This document shows positions 52,815 to 64,000 of a stretch of DNA of 64,000 nt, in pieces (the first letter of the stretch is position 1; each line of letters begins with the position of its first letter). A model generated the notes under the pieces. It saw only the letters and a list, made by a program, of their open reading frames with translations. It made no database searches and was not told the DNA's origin. The position numbers and the translations under genes were made by a program. This stretch comes from Lama glama. Lineage: Eukaryota. The stretch covers positions 15,626,001 to 15,690,000 of the forward strand of contig CM052818.1 of NCBI GenBank assembly GCA_028534125.1. The letters are read 5' to 3'.

Positions 52815-53330
52815 TGCCACTGGCTCAGAGAGTGCTTTTGTGAAAATTAGAAAAGGGTCGTGTTCCTCAAATTAAAAAACTGATGTTTCTATTACAAAGC
52901 CTAGTCAGTCACATGCTAGGGCTCTTTGGGAGCCACCACTATGCAAGTTACCTTCTCAACTAGGCCAGAACGTATCTGAGGAACTTTCCATGAATGTACA
53001 AACACATGTTTGCACAACACTGGCCTGTTCCCCACACCCTGGATGCCCAGCTGCATTTGCCTCAGCAACCCTACTGCTCCATGCCTGCCCCTACACCTTG
53101 TCCTGCAGACAACGCGGCCATGTCAGGTTTGGGGTGGGGATACCAGATCTCCAAGAATGACAGTGGATGAAAGAAACTTTAGTGGATGTCCATAGTGAGA
53201 TTAGAAAAGGTCCCACCGGCAGAGATTAGTATGTGTCCCCGTGTGCATCTCCTTGAATGCCTTCCTGAGCTTCTGTGTGCCTAGCCTCCACTGATTCCAG
53301 TTAGCGTATGTCCACGTATGAAGGTGTTCC
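52815..53330. mobile_element. Possible hAT-Tip100 (MER115-like) DNA transposon remnant
   Basis: 'tttgtgaaaattagaaaaggg...ttcctc' resembles MER115; boundaries uncertain. Confidence 0.4.
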
Positions 53331-53589
53331 CTTAAATACTACACCTTCACGCAATCAACAACCAACAGCCATACAGAGTGACTCTAAGGTCTCCATGCCA
53401 GGGCTCTAACTATCTTACCATCCATTGTTCATATCACCTGCCACCTTGAAATGTATGCTCTCGTATTCCTGAGCTGCTTATAAATTCAGCTCTTACACTG
53501 CAATTTAACAGTCCTGTGTCTTTACTTGTACCTCTCCCTCTCTTAGCAGTTCCCTCAGTCTTCCCCTTTACATTCTTAAATTCTCCTTT

Positions 53590-53743
53590 AAAAAAATATT
53601 TATTTATTTTTAATTTGGGGGGGGGGATTAGGTATATTTATTTTTATTTATTTTTTTAACAGAGGTACTGGGGATTGAACCCAGAACCTTGTGCATGCGA
53701 AGCATGCACTCCACTCGGCTATACTCTCCCCCCCACCCCCCGC
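53590..53743 (-). mobile_element. Camelid tRNA-derived SINE (Vic-1 type)
   Basis: Minus strand reads G-rich head, A box TAGCCGAGTGG, 'gcatgcttcgcatgcacaagg', B box GGTTCAATCCC, then A-rich/C-run tail. TSD TTAAATTCT(C/T)CTTT at 53576-89 and 53747-60. Confidence 0.9.
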
Positions 53744-54194
53744 TTTTTAAATTCTTCTTTATTTTGAGGACTAAGCCCAGGAATCATCTCTTCCAGAAAT
53801 CCTTTTCTGTAACACACATACTGAGAAGGCAGACCAATCCTGCAGTTTCCTCTCTTACATTCTGTGGCACCTTGTTCCTATTTCTTCATGATGTTTATTA
53901 ATTTGAAATTATTTGTTCATAAATGTCTCCCAAAACTGGTTTTCATGCTGTTTGGCTAGTTCAAGTGTCTTTGTTACTTTTATATTCTAGGACTTAGCGT
54001 CATTTTTGCCAACAGAGTAGGCGCTGAATAAAAATTTCATGATGCCAACTAAAGAGGCAGCAGGGAATGGTACTTCAAGTCCAGTTACTCTGTGAACTGA
54101 GCTCAATTGATGAGTACTGAATAAAAACACTATTAAATTAATTCCAGCGTTACCAAGGCCCCAATGAAGACTGAGTACATGCATTTCTCTGTTT

Positions 54195-54838
54195 TGTAAA
54201 CATTTTAAAAATAGAGGTCTAGCACGCATATAGAAAAAGTACACAAACCTTAATTTGTGCATCTTGATCCATTGCCAAAAGTAACCATACCCACGTTCTC
54301 ACCCCCAGATAAGGATACAGAAAATGAGCAGCACCGCGGTAGTCCACGTCATGCCACTACCTGTCTTTTCTGCTAAAGGTAACCATTCTTCTGATACCCT
54401 AAGATTAATTCTGCCTGGTTTTGAATTTTATGTACTGGAATAACACTGTATATATAATTTTATGTCTGGCTTCCTTCACTCCATATTTTGGTCATTAGAT
54501 TTATTCAGGTTGTGTTAAATCATTCTCATTGCCCTATGGAATCCCAGCATACGATTAAGCAATGTTATTTATCCATTCCACTCTTGATGGACATTTTGTT
54601 TGTTACCAATAGTTGATTAAACGGGACTGCTCTGCCTATTCTTGTCCATGTCCTTTGGTAAACATGTATACCTCCTTTTGGTGGGTATATTCCCAGGATG
54701 GCTGGACTAGAGAGTACGCATACGCTGAGCTTTAGGGGATGTTGCCAAAGCAGTACTACCAACTCACAATCCTACCAGCAGTGTATGACAGTTACAGCCT
54801 CTCCACACACTCACTAGTGCTTTATACTGTCAGTTTAT
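54195..54838 (-). mobile_element. Old L1 (L1ME-type) 3' end; probably resumes at ~56985-57265
   Basis: 'aaaggtaaccattcttctga', 'tgtctggcttccttcactc', 'ttatttatccattccactcttgatggacatt'. Confidence 0.75.
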
Positions 54839-55128
54839 TTTTTAAAAGACTTTTTTTTAGAGCAGCTGATGTTCACAGCAAAACTGAAAAGAAAGTACAG
54901 AGTTCCTATACACCCTTTGCCCCTGCATGTGAACACTATCATCCAAAGTCCACAGTTTACAATAGAGTTCATTCCTGGTGTTGTACACTTTAAGTTTTTT
55001 TTTTTTTTTAAAGACGTTTTAAGAGCAATTTCACGTTCACAGCAAAATTAAACAGGAGGTACAGAGATTTCCCACTTTACTCCCATTTCATACAAATAAT
55101 CTCCCTCACTATCAAAATCCTGCACTAG
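54839..55128 (-). mobile_element. Two adjacent L1MC1-like 3'-end fragments
   Basis: Both begin 'tttaaa(a)gac...agagca...gttcacagcaaaa...gtacagag' (at ~54839 and ~54995). Confidence 0.7.
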
Positions 55129-55129
55129 A

Positions 55130-55493
55130 TACAGCAAAGGAACAATTTAAAAAGTGAAACCACAAACTATGGAATGGAAAAAAAAATTGAAACCATGTAT
55201 CTGATAAGGGGTTAATATCCCAAATGTATAAGGAAATCCTATAGCTCAACAGCAAAAAACTCAAATAACCCAATTAAAAATGGACAAAGAACTTCAATAG
55301 ACATTTTTCCAAAGAAGACATCCCAAAAGAACAACAGGTTTATGAAAAGATGCTCAACATCACTAATCATCAGAGAGATGCAAATCAAATCCACAATGAG
55401 ATATCAGTGTTAGGATAGCTATTCCTAAAAATAAACAAGAGATAAGAAATGTTGGCCAGAACGTGGACAATCTAGAACCCTCATACACTGTTG
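55130..55493 (+). mobile_element. L1 ORF2 3' fragment running into an assembly gap
   Basis: 'tatctgataaggggttaatatcc', 'aatagacatttttccaaagaagac', 'gatgctcaacatcactaatcatcag'. Confidence 0.9.
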
Positions 55494-55993
55494 NNNNNNN
55501 NNNNNNNNNNNNNNNNNNNNNNNNNNNNNNNNNNNNNNNNNNNNNNNNNNNNNNNNNNNNNNNNNNNNNNNNNNNNNNNNNNNNNNNNNNNNNNNNNNNN
55601 NNNNNNNNNNNNNNNNNNNNNNNNNNNNNNNNNNNNNNNNNNNNNNNNNNNNNNNNNNNNNNNNNNNNNNNNNNNNNNNNNNNNNNNNNNNNNNNNNNNN
55701 NNNNNNNNNNNNNNNNNNNNNNNNNNNNNNNNNNNNNNNNNNNNNNNNNNNNNNNNNNNNNNNNNNNNNNNNNNNNNNNNNNNNNNNNNNNNNNNNNNNN
55801 NNNNNNNNNNNNNNNNNNNNNNNNNNNNNNNNNNNNNNNNNNNNNNNNNNNNNNNNNNNNNNNNNNNNNNNNNNNNNNNNNNNNNNNNNNNNNNNNNNNN
55901 NNNNNNNNNNNNNNNNNNNNNNNNNNNNNNNNNNNNNNNNNNNNNNNNNNNNNNNNNNNNNNNNNNNNNNNNNNNNNNNNNNNNNNNNNNNNN
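55494..55993. other. Assembly gap (500 N)
   Basis: Run of N. Confidence 1.
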
Positions 55994-56984
55994 TGGTGTG
56001 AGGTGATGCCTCATCATAGTTTTGATTTGCATTTCTCTGATAATTAGTGATATTGAGCCTTTTCTTTCATGTGCCTATTGATCATTTGTATTTCTTCCTT
56101 GGAGAATTGCTTGTTTAGCTCTTTTGCCCATTTTTGGATGGTGTTGTTTGTTTCTTTCTTGTTAAGTTGTATGAGCTGCGTATATATTTTGGAGATCAAG
56201 CCTTTGTCGGTTTCATTTGCAAAAATTTTCTCCCATTCCATAGGTTGTCGTTTTGTTTTACTTCTGGTTTCCTTTGCTGTGCAGAAGCTTGTAAGTTTCA
56301 TTAGGTCCCATTTGTTTATTCTTGCTTTTATTTCTATTGCTTGAGTAGACTGCCCTAGGAGAACATTTTTGAGATGTATGTCAGATAATGTTTTGCCCGT
56401 ATTTTCTTCTAGGAGGTTTATTGTATCTTGTCTTATGTTTAAGTCTCTGATCGATTTTGAGTTGATTTTTGTGTATGGTGTAAGGGAGTGTTCTAGCTTC
56501 ACTGATTTACATGCTGCTGTCCAGTTTTCCCAGCACCATTTGCTGAAGAGACTGTCTTTATTCCATTGTATATTCTTGCATCCTTTGTCGAAGATGAGTT
56601 GACCAAAAGTTTGTGGGTTCATTTCTGGGCTCTGTATTCTGTTCCATTGGTCCATATGTCTGTTTTGGTACCAATACCATGCTGTCTTGATTACTTTAGC
56701 TCTGTAGTATTGTCTGAAGTCTGGGAGAGTTATTCCTCCAGCCTCTTTCTTTTTCTTCAGTAATGCTTTGGCAATTCTAGGTCTTTTGTGGTTCCATATA
56801 AATTTTCTTATTTGTTCTAGTTCTGTGAAATATGTCCTGGGTAATTTGATGGGGATTGCATTAAATTTGTAGATTGCCTTGGGCAGTGTGACCATTTTAA
56901 CCATATAAATTCTTCCAATCCAGGAGCATGGGATATCGTTTCATTTTTTAAATTCTTCTTTAATTTCCTTAACCAGTGTTTTAC
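55994..56984 (-). mobile_element. Young L1, ORF2 C-terminal half (286-aa open stretch)
   Basis: ORF 56044-56904 motifs: [59 protein letters not shown]. Confidence 0.95.
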
Positions 56985-57279
56985 ATGTGTCATAATTGAT
57001 GTTGTCAGTCATTTTTATCCATTCTGGTATGTATGTTTCTTACTGCTGTTTAATTTGAATTTTTCTGATAATAATGTTGAGCACCATTTTATGTATTTAT
57101 TGGGCATCTGAATATCCTCTTTTGTGACTTATCTCTTCAAGTCTTTTGCTTAACATATTCAATGGGTGATTTTTGTTTGTTTGTTTGATTTTTAGAAATT
57201 ATTTATATAGTTTGGATATGAGTCCTTTTTGAATTGATGCATCTAAAGTATTTTCTCCAACTTCCATGTATTTATACAA

Positions 57280-57965
57280 TAATCCAAAATATCTGGATTA
57301 TCTGTGGGGCATTTCTAGTATCTCTGCTTTTTGTTTGTTTTCTGCATCATCTGGTCCTGCTTTCTGTCATGGCTAATAATTCTTTATTGAATGCTGTATA
57401 CTACCTATAAAAAATTACAGTGGTACTGGATGGGGTTATCTGCCTCTGGGGAAGGTTTAATTTTCTTTTGAACAGCAGACAGAATATGAGCAGATCACTT
57501 TGATTCTATAAAAACTGGTCTATTTCTGTTTTGCCTTTTTCTGCTAGAGCATAACCCTTCTTCAACTTTAATTGAATGCCTGGGGTGTGTACCAGGGCTC
57601 TCTCCCTTGGCAGGTCTTCACTCCAGTTTTTGTCTCCCCAACACGATGAGACTGCTCAATTCTCTGCTTCCATGTTTAGCCTCTTAGCAGTTGCTCTCTG
57701 CTTGGTTTCTCAGCATTCCATCCCAAGCAGGTGAAACTTGGAGTGTAACACTGCCTTGAGAAGACACTGAATGTTCAACTTCTGGTTTACTTCTCTCTTG
57801 TTCCCTTTCCTCCAGGAGCTTGTCTTCTCAAATTCTGGCTATTTGATAGCCTGAGCTCAATTTTCATCTCCCCAGCTTAGAGAAACAATGCAATATCTAG
57901 CATCCTACATTTAGTCTCTACAGCCCATGCTGCAAATCAGAAAATACTCAAAGGGAAAATAAGAG
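57280..57965 (-). mobile_element. Old L1M 5' region (L1ME-like)
   Basis: 'gaatgcctggggtgtgtaccagg', 'gagactgctcaattctctgct', 'ctcaaattctggct' resemble antisense L1ME 5' sequence. Confidence 0.5.
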
Positions 57966-58574
57966 AAAATGAACTCTCCTCATTATGTACAAGTTTCCTT
58001 CACGTACAAGTCATCCTCATGATCTTTAAGAAGGTGAATTATGCCTAATGTTTGTACATGTTGAAGGCATGGGAATTAAAAACATACAAAGGGCTTGATG
58101 GGTTTCAAATTAAAGAATAATGAATGTAAGTGAAATGCTTCTACTGTATATGCCCTTTCCTTAACTCTACTTGCCTAAATTTTTCCCCATCCTTTAAGAC
58201 TCAAATGCCCTCCTTTCATGATTTCTTTTCAGGTCCCACCAGTGTCAAACAGTCTGCCTGTGCATTATTTATTCTATTTCTAGACCTGGTAGATAAGCGT
58301 GCCTGTCCTGGGCTTTGCACTTTTGAGGGTCTATTTCTAGTCCTTTCCTGTCTGTGTTCCTCCCCCGACAAGGGGCGCATGTCTCTCACCTTCTAAATCA
58401 CATGCTGGGTACCCTAGACGTCAGAATTGCCTGCCCTAATAGCCCCAAGACCATTCCAGGATTTGTGTGTGCCTTTGAACTGGATCCATTTCCAATGAAG
58501 CGATAGAAACAGCCATTAGAGTGCACACTATTGGGTCCAAAATTTGGCCAGTGGGTGAATGCTTGTAGGGAGGA

Positions 58575-58735
58575 CTAAATCCAGATTAAATGCCGGACAC
58601 CTGGTTACATTTGGAATTTTGATAAACAACATAACATTGTGTGGGACAAATGTGTCCTAAAATATTTTTTGCATATTTGAAATCCATATTTCACTGAGCA
58701 CTGCATATTTTTATTTGCTGAACCTATCAACTCTA
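58575..58735. mobile_element. MER53-like hAT MITE
   Basis: Palindromic layout 'ccagattaaatgccggacacctggttacatttg...gataaacaac...atttttatttgctgaacctatcaactct'. Confidence 0.7.
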
Positions 58736-58744
58736 CTAGGAACG

Positions 58745-59115
58745 AATGTCAACAAAGATGGTTTTGTAGGATAAGGTGTCTGTCATGGGGTCCGAGGCCC
58801 CTCACATTATAGGATAGACAGGAGTAGAAAGAGAAGTAGAATAGATTCTAAGCCAGGGGCCAAGGACTGGAGTTAGAGGCGTGGTACAGGCTCTCCCTGA
58901 GCACTCATGTTCTGGCGTAAAACTAGGAAGTCAGAATTTAACTTTGAATCTGGTCTTCTAGGTTGTTCCGGAAATATGCCTGTCAAGATAAGAGGCTAGA
59001 ATACATTCTGATTAGCCTGATTTATCCATTTTAAGCAAGTAGAGTCTAGACATATGGTATGTGGGCCTGCATTTGTACTTTTGCCTACATGTTGGAAATG
59101 ACGGCGACAGGGCTG
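58745..59115. mobile_element. Possible hAT-Tip100-like DNA transposon remnant
   Basis: 'gtgggcctgcatttgtacttttgcc' subterminal-like motif; family not determined. Confidence 0.35.
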
Positions 59116-59279
59116 TTGCCTCTGCTATCCATAGACTTAATCCATATTTACTTTTATGTTACTTAATCTGCATACTTAGTTCAGTTTCCTCTACTAAATC
59201 ATAAAAAAAACACTGAGAAGCTTCAGGGCAGAAGCTGACATTCTTCTTTTTGTTTTCTGAGCTACCTTTTATAGATTAA

Positions 59280-59535
59280 GATGTATTTTAGAGATGAGGA
59301 AATAGAGGGCAGGAAAGTAAGGTAACTAAGCACACCGATCAGCTGTTAAGAGCTCGGATTCGAGGCAGAGGGTATAAAGTGGATCCTAGAAAAATGCTAC
59401 AGGTCACTTTTATGCTTCACTGACCTCATCTGTAAAATCAGAATAATAAATAGGACTTCTTCATCCATTATCAAAAACATTAAATGAGTTCATATATGTT
59501 CATAATGAGAAAGTTACTCAGTACATACTTAGCAG
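59280..59535. mobile_element. Two MIR fragments in opposite orientation
   Basis: 'agatgaggaaatagaggg' (minus) and 'cctcatctgtaaaat...attaaatgagtt' (plus). Confidence 0.65.
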
Positions 59536-59605
59536 AGCAAATTTTACTTATTTTTTAGTTGGTGGTCTCAGGGAATAATGAGAGTTCCCTACCAGGATTT
59601 CCTGA

Positions 59606-59700
59606 CCTACAGTACCTAGTGTCAAAAATGTTCAGGGTCCTACAGCACCTAGTGTCAAAAATGTTCAGGGTCCTACAGCACCTAGTGTCAAAAATGTTCA
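59606..59700. repeat. 33-bp tandem repeat, ~2.9 copies
   Basis: Unit CCTACAG(T/C)ACCTAGTGTCAAAAATGTTCAGGGT at 59606, 59639 and 59672 (last copy 29 bp); one mismatch in total. Confidence 0.97.
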
Positions 59701-60644
59701 TAATTCAAATCTGTTCTTATTCTTTTCCATGTCTCTTTATGGGAAAACCCTGGAATTCTTCATTTGTGACTCTTAAAATGACTACTCTGTGTTTACCAAG
59801 ACCCCCAAAACATTTTTTGTTTTCCACTTCTAGAGAAAGAAATTGCATAAAAAAGCAAGTGAGAGGCACAAAATTTTCCAGCAAGAGAAGGCAAGGAAGT
59901 TTCAAAAGTTTATGTCTCGGTAATATAGCTGAGGAAGGCAACAAGGGAGTTTGAAAATAGAAAATCTGCCTGCTTTACAGAAAAACGACTTGCTACCCCA
60001 GGCTGTGTTCTTGCTTATAATAGCTGTACATGGATATCCTAATGGGCTTCTTTGTACTTTGACTGTAGCAGATTTCTAAATAGATAAAGCACTTCTTGAA
60101 AGAGAAAAATGGAAATTACTCTTTAAGAATTCCCCCAAAATGCTGATAAAAATCACTGGGTGACTGAGCTCTGCCAAGGTCTGAGGCTCCTCACTTGACT
60201 GGTGTCTAGAGAAACTCAAGCCTTGTTCTTATCTAGTTTCCTGTCAGTCAAGAGGGATCTTTGACCCTGGCAACTGGCTGCCAAATTCCCCGAAGCTGTA
60301 ACTTTTTGTAGATTCCAGTTATTCTGAGCACACCGTCCTTGGGGAATTTTCCTTTTCTAAAGGCTGCTGCCCTCCTCACACCTGGTACCCTGTGGTATGT
60401 TGAGCCATGAAAATGGGGGATAAACGAATGTAAACAACAGTCTTTGCCCTCAAGGACCTGATGGTCTAATTGAAGACACAAAGTATTTATACCTGAAAAC
60501 AATTTTAACTACAAGGATGAGGTTCAGTGACAGAAAAGCATAGAAAGTAATAATGATAATCAGAGTAATAGAGAGTCTAACATCCGTGCATTTATAACAC
60601 AGCAACTATTCTAAGCATTTCACATGTATTATTGTAAAGGAGGC

Positions 60645-61069
60645 TGTATTAGCTTCCTAGGGCTGCTGTAACAAATTAGCAAACAGGGTGGCTTAAAACA
60701 ACAGGTATTTACTCCCCCACAGCTCTAGAGGGTAGATGTCTAAACTCAAGGTGTCAGCAGGGCCATGATGCTCCTGAAGGCCTCCAGGAAGAATCCTTCC
60801 TTGCCTCTTCCTGCCTTCTGATGGCTCCCACTTTCCTTGGGGTTTCTTGAAGCAAAGGTGCATCATTCCCAACTCTGCCTTTGTCTTCACCTGGTCTTCT
60901 TCCCCGTGTCTGTCTGTGCCCTCTCCTATTCTTACAAGGACACCAGTCATTGTACTTAAGGCCCATCCTAGTCCAGTATGACTCCATCTTACCTAATTTG
61001 CAAACAGGGTCATATTCTGAGGTTCTGGGTAGACATGAATTTTGCAGAGATATTATTCAGCTCACTGCA
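60645..61069 (-). mobile_element. MaLR solo LTR (MLT1B/C-like)
   Basis: 'tgtattagcttcctagggctgctgtaacaaatt...ggtggcttaaaacaacag'; 5-bp TSD GAGGC/GAGGG. Confidence 0.9.
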
Positions 61070-61454
61070 GAGGGTTAGACTGAGCCTAAGTTGGACAAAA
61101 ACCATGGTAACATTTTTGTAGAGATGTGGGCCCTAGAAGATGAGTGTCTTCAGGCAGCGAAGAGTTTGGATGTCCATTCAACAAGGATTTATCGAGCAAA
61201 TACTCTGTGCCAATCACCGTGCCAGGTGCCAATGGAGATTCTACACCAGTTTGTATTAGTATTTAGTAGAACTGGTTTCATAGAGATGAAAAAGGGAAAA
61301 TCTATAGAAGCTTAAATAAAATTGAAGTTTTTTTCCTCTCTGTCTCCTAAGTAAGGTCCAAGGGTCCAAAGGTCAGCTGGCACCACAGCTCCATCAGAAG
61401 CTACCTATCTCTTGGGACTGCCATCCTCAGAGTTGACTTCCCTGTTTCATATTC

Positions 61455-62067
61455 CTTTTTTTTTTTAATAACTTTTTTTTATTGAGTTATAGTCATTTTA
61501 CAATGTTGTGTCAAATTCCAGTGTAGAGCACAATTTTTCAGTTATACATGAACATACACATATTCATCGTCACATTCTTTTTCGCTGTGAGCTACCACAA
61601 GANNNNNNNNNNNNNNNNNNNNNNNNNNNNNNNNNNNNNNNNNNNNNNNNNNNNNNNNNNNNNNNNNNNNNNNNNNNNNNNNNNNNNNNNNNNNNNNNNN
61701 NNGTCTATGAGTCTGTTTCTGTTTTGTATTTATGTTTTTGTTTTTTTTTTTTAGATTCCACATATGAGCAATCTCATATGGTATTTTTTTTTCTCTTTCT
61801 GGCTTTCTTCACTTAGAATGACATTCTCCAGGAACATGCAGGTTGCTGCAAATGGCGTTATGCTGTCATTTTTTATGGCTGAATACTATTCAATTGTATA
61901 AATATACCACATCTTTATCCAGTCATCTGTTGATGGACATTTAGGCTGTTTCCATGTCTTGGCTATTGTATATAGTGCTGCTATGAACTATGGGGTGCAG
62001 GTGTCATTTTGAAGTAGGGTTCCTTCTGGATATATGCCCAGGAGCGGGATTCCTGGGTCATATGGTA
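61455..62067 (-). mobile_element. Young camelid L1 3' end, 5'-truncated
   Basis: Closely matches the reverse complement of 20450-21060; poly(T) tail. TSD CCT(G/A)TTTCATATTC at 61441-54 and 62068-81; TT/AGAA endonuclease-like site. Confidence 0.95.
61603..61702. other. Assembly gap (100 N)
   Basis: Run of N. Confidence 1.
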
Positions 62068-62406
62068 CCTATTTCATATTCTAAGTCACCCTATGGTCCT
62101 GGATGGCTGATGTAGCTCCAGCAAACATCTCTATATTTCAAACCAGCAGCAGAAAGTAGCAGGAGATAGGTAAGAGTCACTTTTCCCAGCTCAGTCAATT
62201 TTCCTGGAAGGTTTTCTTATAGTACTTTCCTTTTGTAACTAAGTCACACTTAACTGCAAAAGAAGCTGGTCCCACTGCAGTCTTGAAAAATAAATCAGGA
62301 TTCTGGTACCATGAAGAAAGAGGATAATGTATTGTGGGAACTCTGCTTCTCAGTCTCCAACTCAAGGAGCTCCAAGTCCGTTTTGGGAAGATACTAAGTT
62401 AATAGA

Positions 62407-62896
62407 TGTATTAATTTCCTTTTGCTACTTTAACAAATTGCCACAAACTTAGTGTCTTAAAACACAAATTTATTATGTTACAGTTTTAGAGAACAGAAGT
62501 TCAAAATGGGCCTTACGGGGCTAATATAAAGATGTTAGCAAGGCTATGTAGAGGAGAATCCATTTTATCACCTTTTCAGCTCCTAGAAGCTGCCTGCATT
62601 CCTTGACTCATGGTCCCCTCCTTCCATCTTCGCAGCCAGCAAGGTTGCATCTCTCTGATCATTCTGAAGTCACAACTCCCTCTAACTTTGAACTCAGCTG
62701 GGAAAGGTTCCTCTTTTAAGGACTCATGTGATTAGGCTGAGTCCACTTGAATGATCAAGGCTAATCTCCCCATCTCAAAGCTCTTAACATAATCACATCT
62801 GCTAAGTGCCTTTTGCTGTGTAAGGTAACACACACACAGGTTCCAGGAATTAGGACATGGACATCTTTGAGGAGGGCCATTATTCAGTCTATCACA
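62407..62896 (-). mobile_element. MaLR solo LTR (MLT1D-like)
   Basis: TG...CA ends; 'caaattgccacaaacttagtgtcttaaaaca', 'caggttccaggaattaggacatggacatcttt'; perfect 5-bp TSD ATAGA. Confidence 0.92.
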
Positions 62897-64000
62897 ATAG
62901 ACAATTAAAATGTCATAAAATAGTTGTAACAATAAAGTAAGCACAAGCTGATAAACAAAGAAGTAATTTTTTGTTTAAATAAACAAATTAGCTTTATCAG
63001 TGAGCCTGACCTGTAAGGGGGTTAATGCTCCCTATGTAAAACAGAGGCTTCACATAAAGATTAAGAAGAAATTTAAACTTGAGGGAAAGAGAAGGGAAAA
63101 TCAAGTCGCTCTTAAATATCACACCTGCCATTAAATATTAACTTGTACACAATGGAAAAGTATAGATAATTCCTCACTGAAGGAGCGATTTGATAAAACT
63201 GGTAACTTAGAAAGACAAATCCAGTAAAGCGAGTAGGAAAGAGCAGTTAAGAGCCTAAGGAGCAACTATACAAACTTATGTTTAAACGAGACGTTTTCAA
63301 GTAGGCTAACGATGGAGAAAAAATAAGGAAATTTTGAAAAGACCTAGCCATGTAAGAAAAGTGAAGGCAAACAAAAATTGGCTGACATTTTAAATGTGAA
63401 TGAGTGACACAGGAGGATGGCAGGAAGAGTTCACAAGGTAGAGAAAGCAACATGCTATATTGAATAAGTATTTTCTTTAATCCTTGTCTACTAAACTTGA
63501 TATTATAGAACTCTTAGATATATTTTAAAAAGACGAACCCTCCTTTTTTTGCATCTAAATAATGGATAATAGTAAAAAATATCTTGCACTTTTGGTATGT
63601 TAGTTGGGCTTAGCTGGCTCACATGTTGGGTTCCCCTCTGCCAGTTTTTTCAAGGTGAGCATTCCCATTGACCAGAAAAACGTATCAAGGCTCTGTCAGC
63701 AGATGTAGTCCAGGAACATACTGAAACCTCTCCTTGGTACACATGGAAAAGATCCAAGTAAAGCAGGAAATAATCACAAATCTGGCCAATACTTAAGTAG
63801 AATAACTTACTAAGACACCACTTTAAAGTAGTTTATCTAATCGGCTACAGTATATTCTTAAAAATTCAACTTCAGTGAGCATTTGTGTCAGGAATAAACC
63901 ACAGATTATTTGATAAGCCCTTGAGAAAAATGACGTGCATTAAATTGCACTTTGTGAAATCTATAAATTATCTGTTTATATTTTCAGGAAGAATTTTGGC

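Larger units (their letters stand above)
61252..62340 (-). mobile_element. Old MaLR LTR (MLT1J/K-like) split by an L1, within an L2 3' end (~61175-62395)
   Basis: 'ctgccatcctcag', 'gatggctgatgtagctccagc', 'aactgcaaaagaagctgg'; flanking L2 'cattcaacaaggatttat'. Confidence 0.6.

Noticed and set aside
53660..53730. Functional tRNA gene
   Set aside because: It has a TSD, an A-rich tail and no proper acceptor stem; it is a SINE head.
55463..56047. Long ORFs spanning the gap
   Set aside because: Artefacts of translating N runs.
56044..56904. Domesticated or active L1 ORF2 gene
   Set aside because: 5'-truncated, lacks the EN and RT core, and frameshifts at its 3' end; simply a young L1 fragment.
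59606..59700. CRISPR-like array (33-bp repeats)
   Set aside because: The repeats are contiguous with no spacers, there are no cas genes, and the context is mammalian.

Overview
Mammalian genomic DNA: AT-rich, CpG-poor and densely populated by interspersed repeats. A Vic-1-type tRNA-derived SINE at ~53.6 kb points to a camelid (camel, llama, alpaca or vicuna). I cannot support any host protein-coding gene, RNA gene, CpG island or CRISPR array. The only recognisable ORFs are LINE-1 ORF2 fragments, so the window looks intergenic or deep-intronic. The most informative structure is a nested retroelement complex at 19.06-22.38 kb. It is a solo ERV1 LTR (TSD ACAG) split by a twin-primed L1 that carries a ~150-bp 3' transduction, and by a second solo LTR. 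It sits in a ~7-kb cluster of five ERV1 solo LTRs, one of them a mosaic with a MER41-like core. Two further 5'-inverted L1s are present, one of which appears to join a 5'UTR piece directly to the 3' end. Repeat family names come from recalled consensus motifs, not a database search. I found no evidence for a new biological system; the findings concern retrotransposition mechanism, LTR evolution and weak regulatory or exon candidates.
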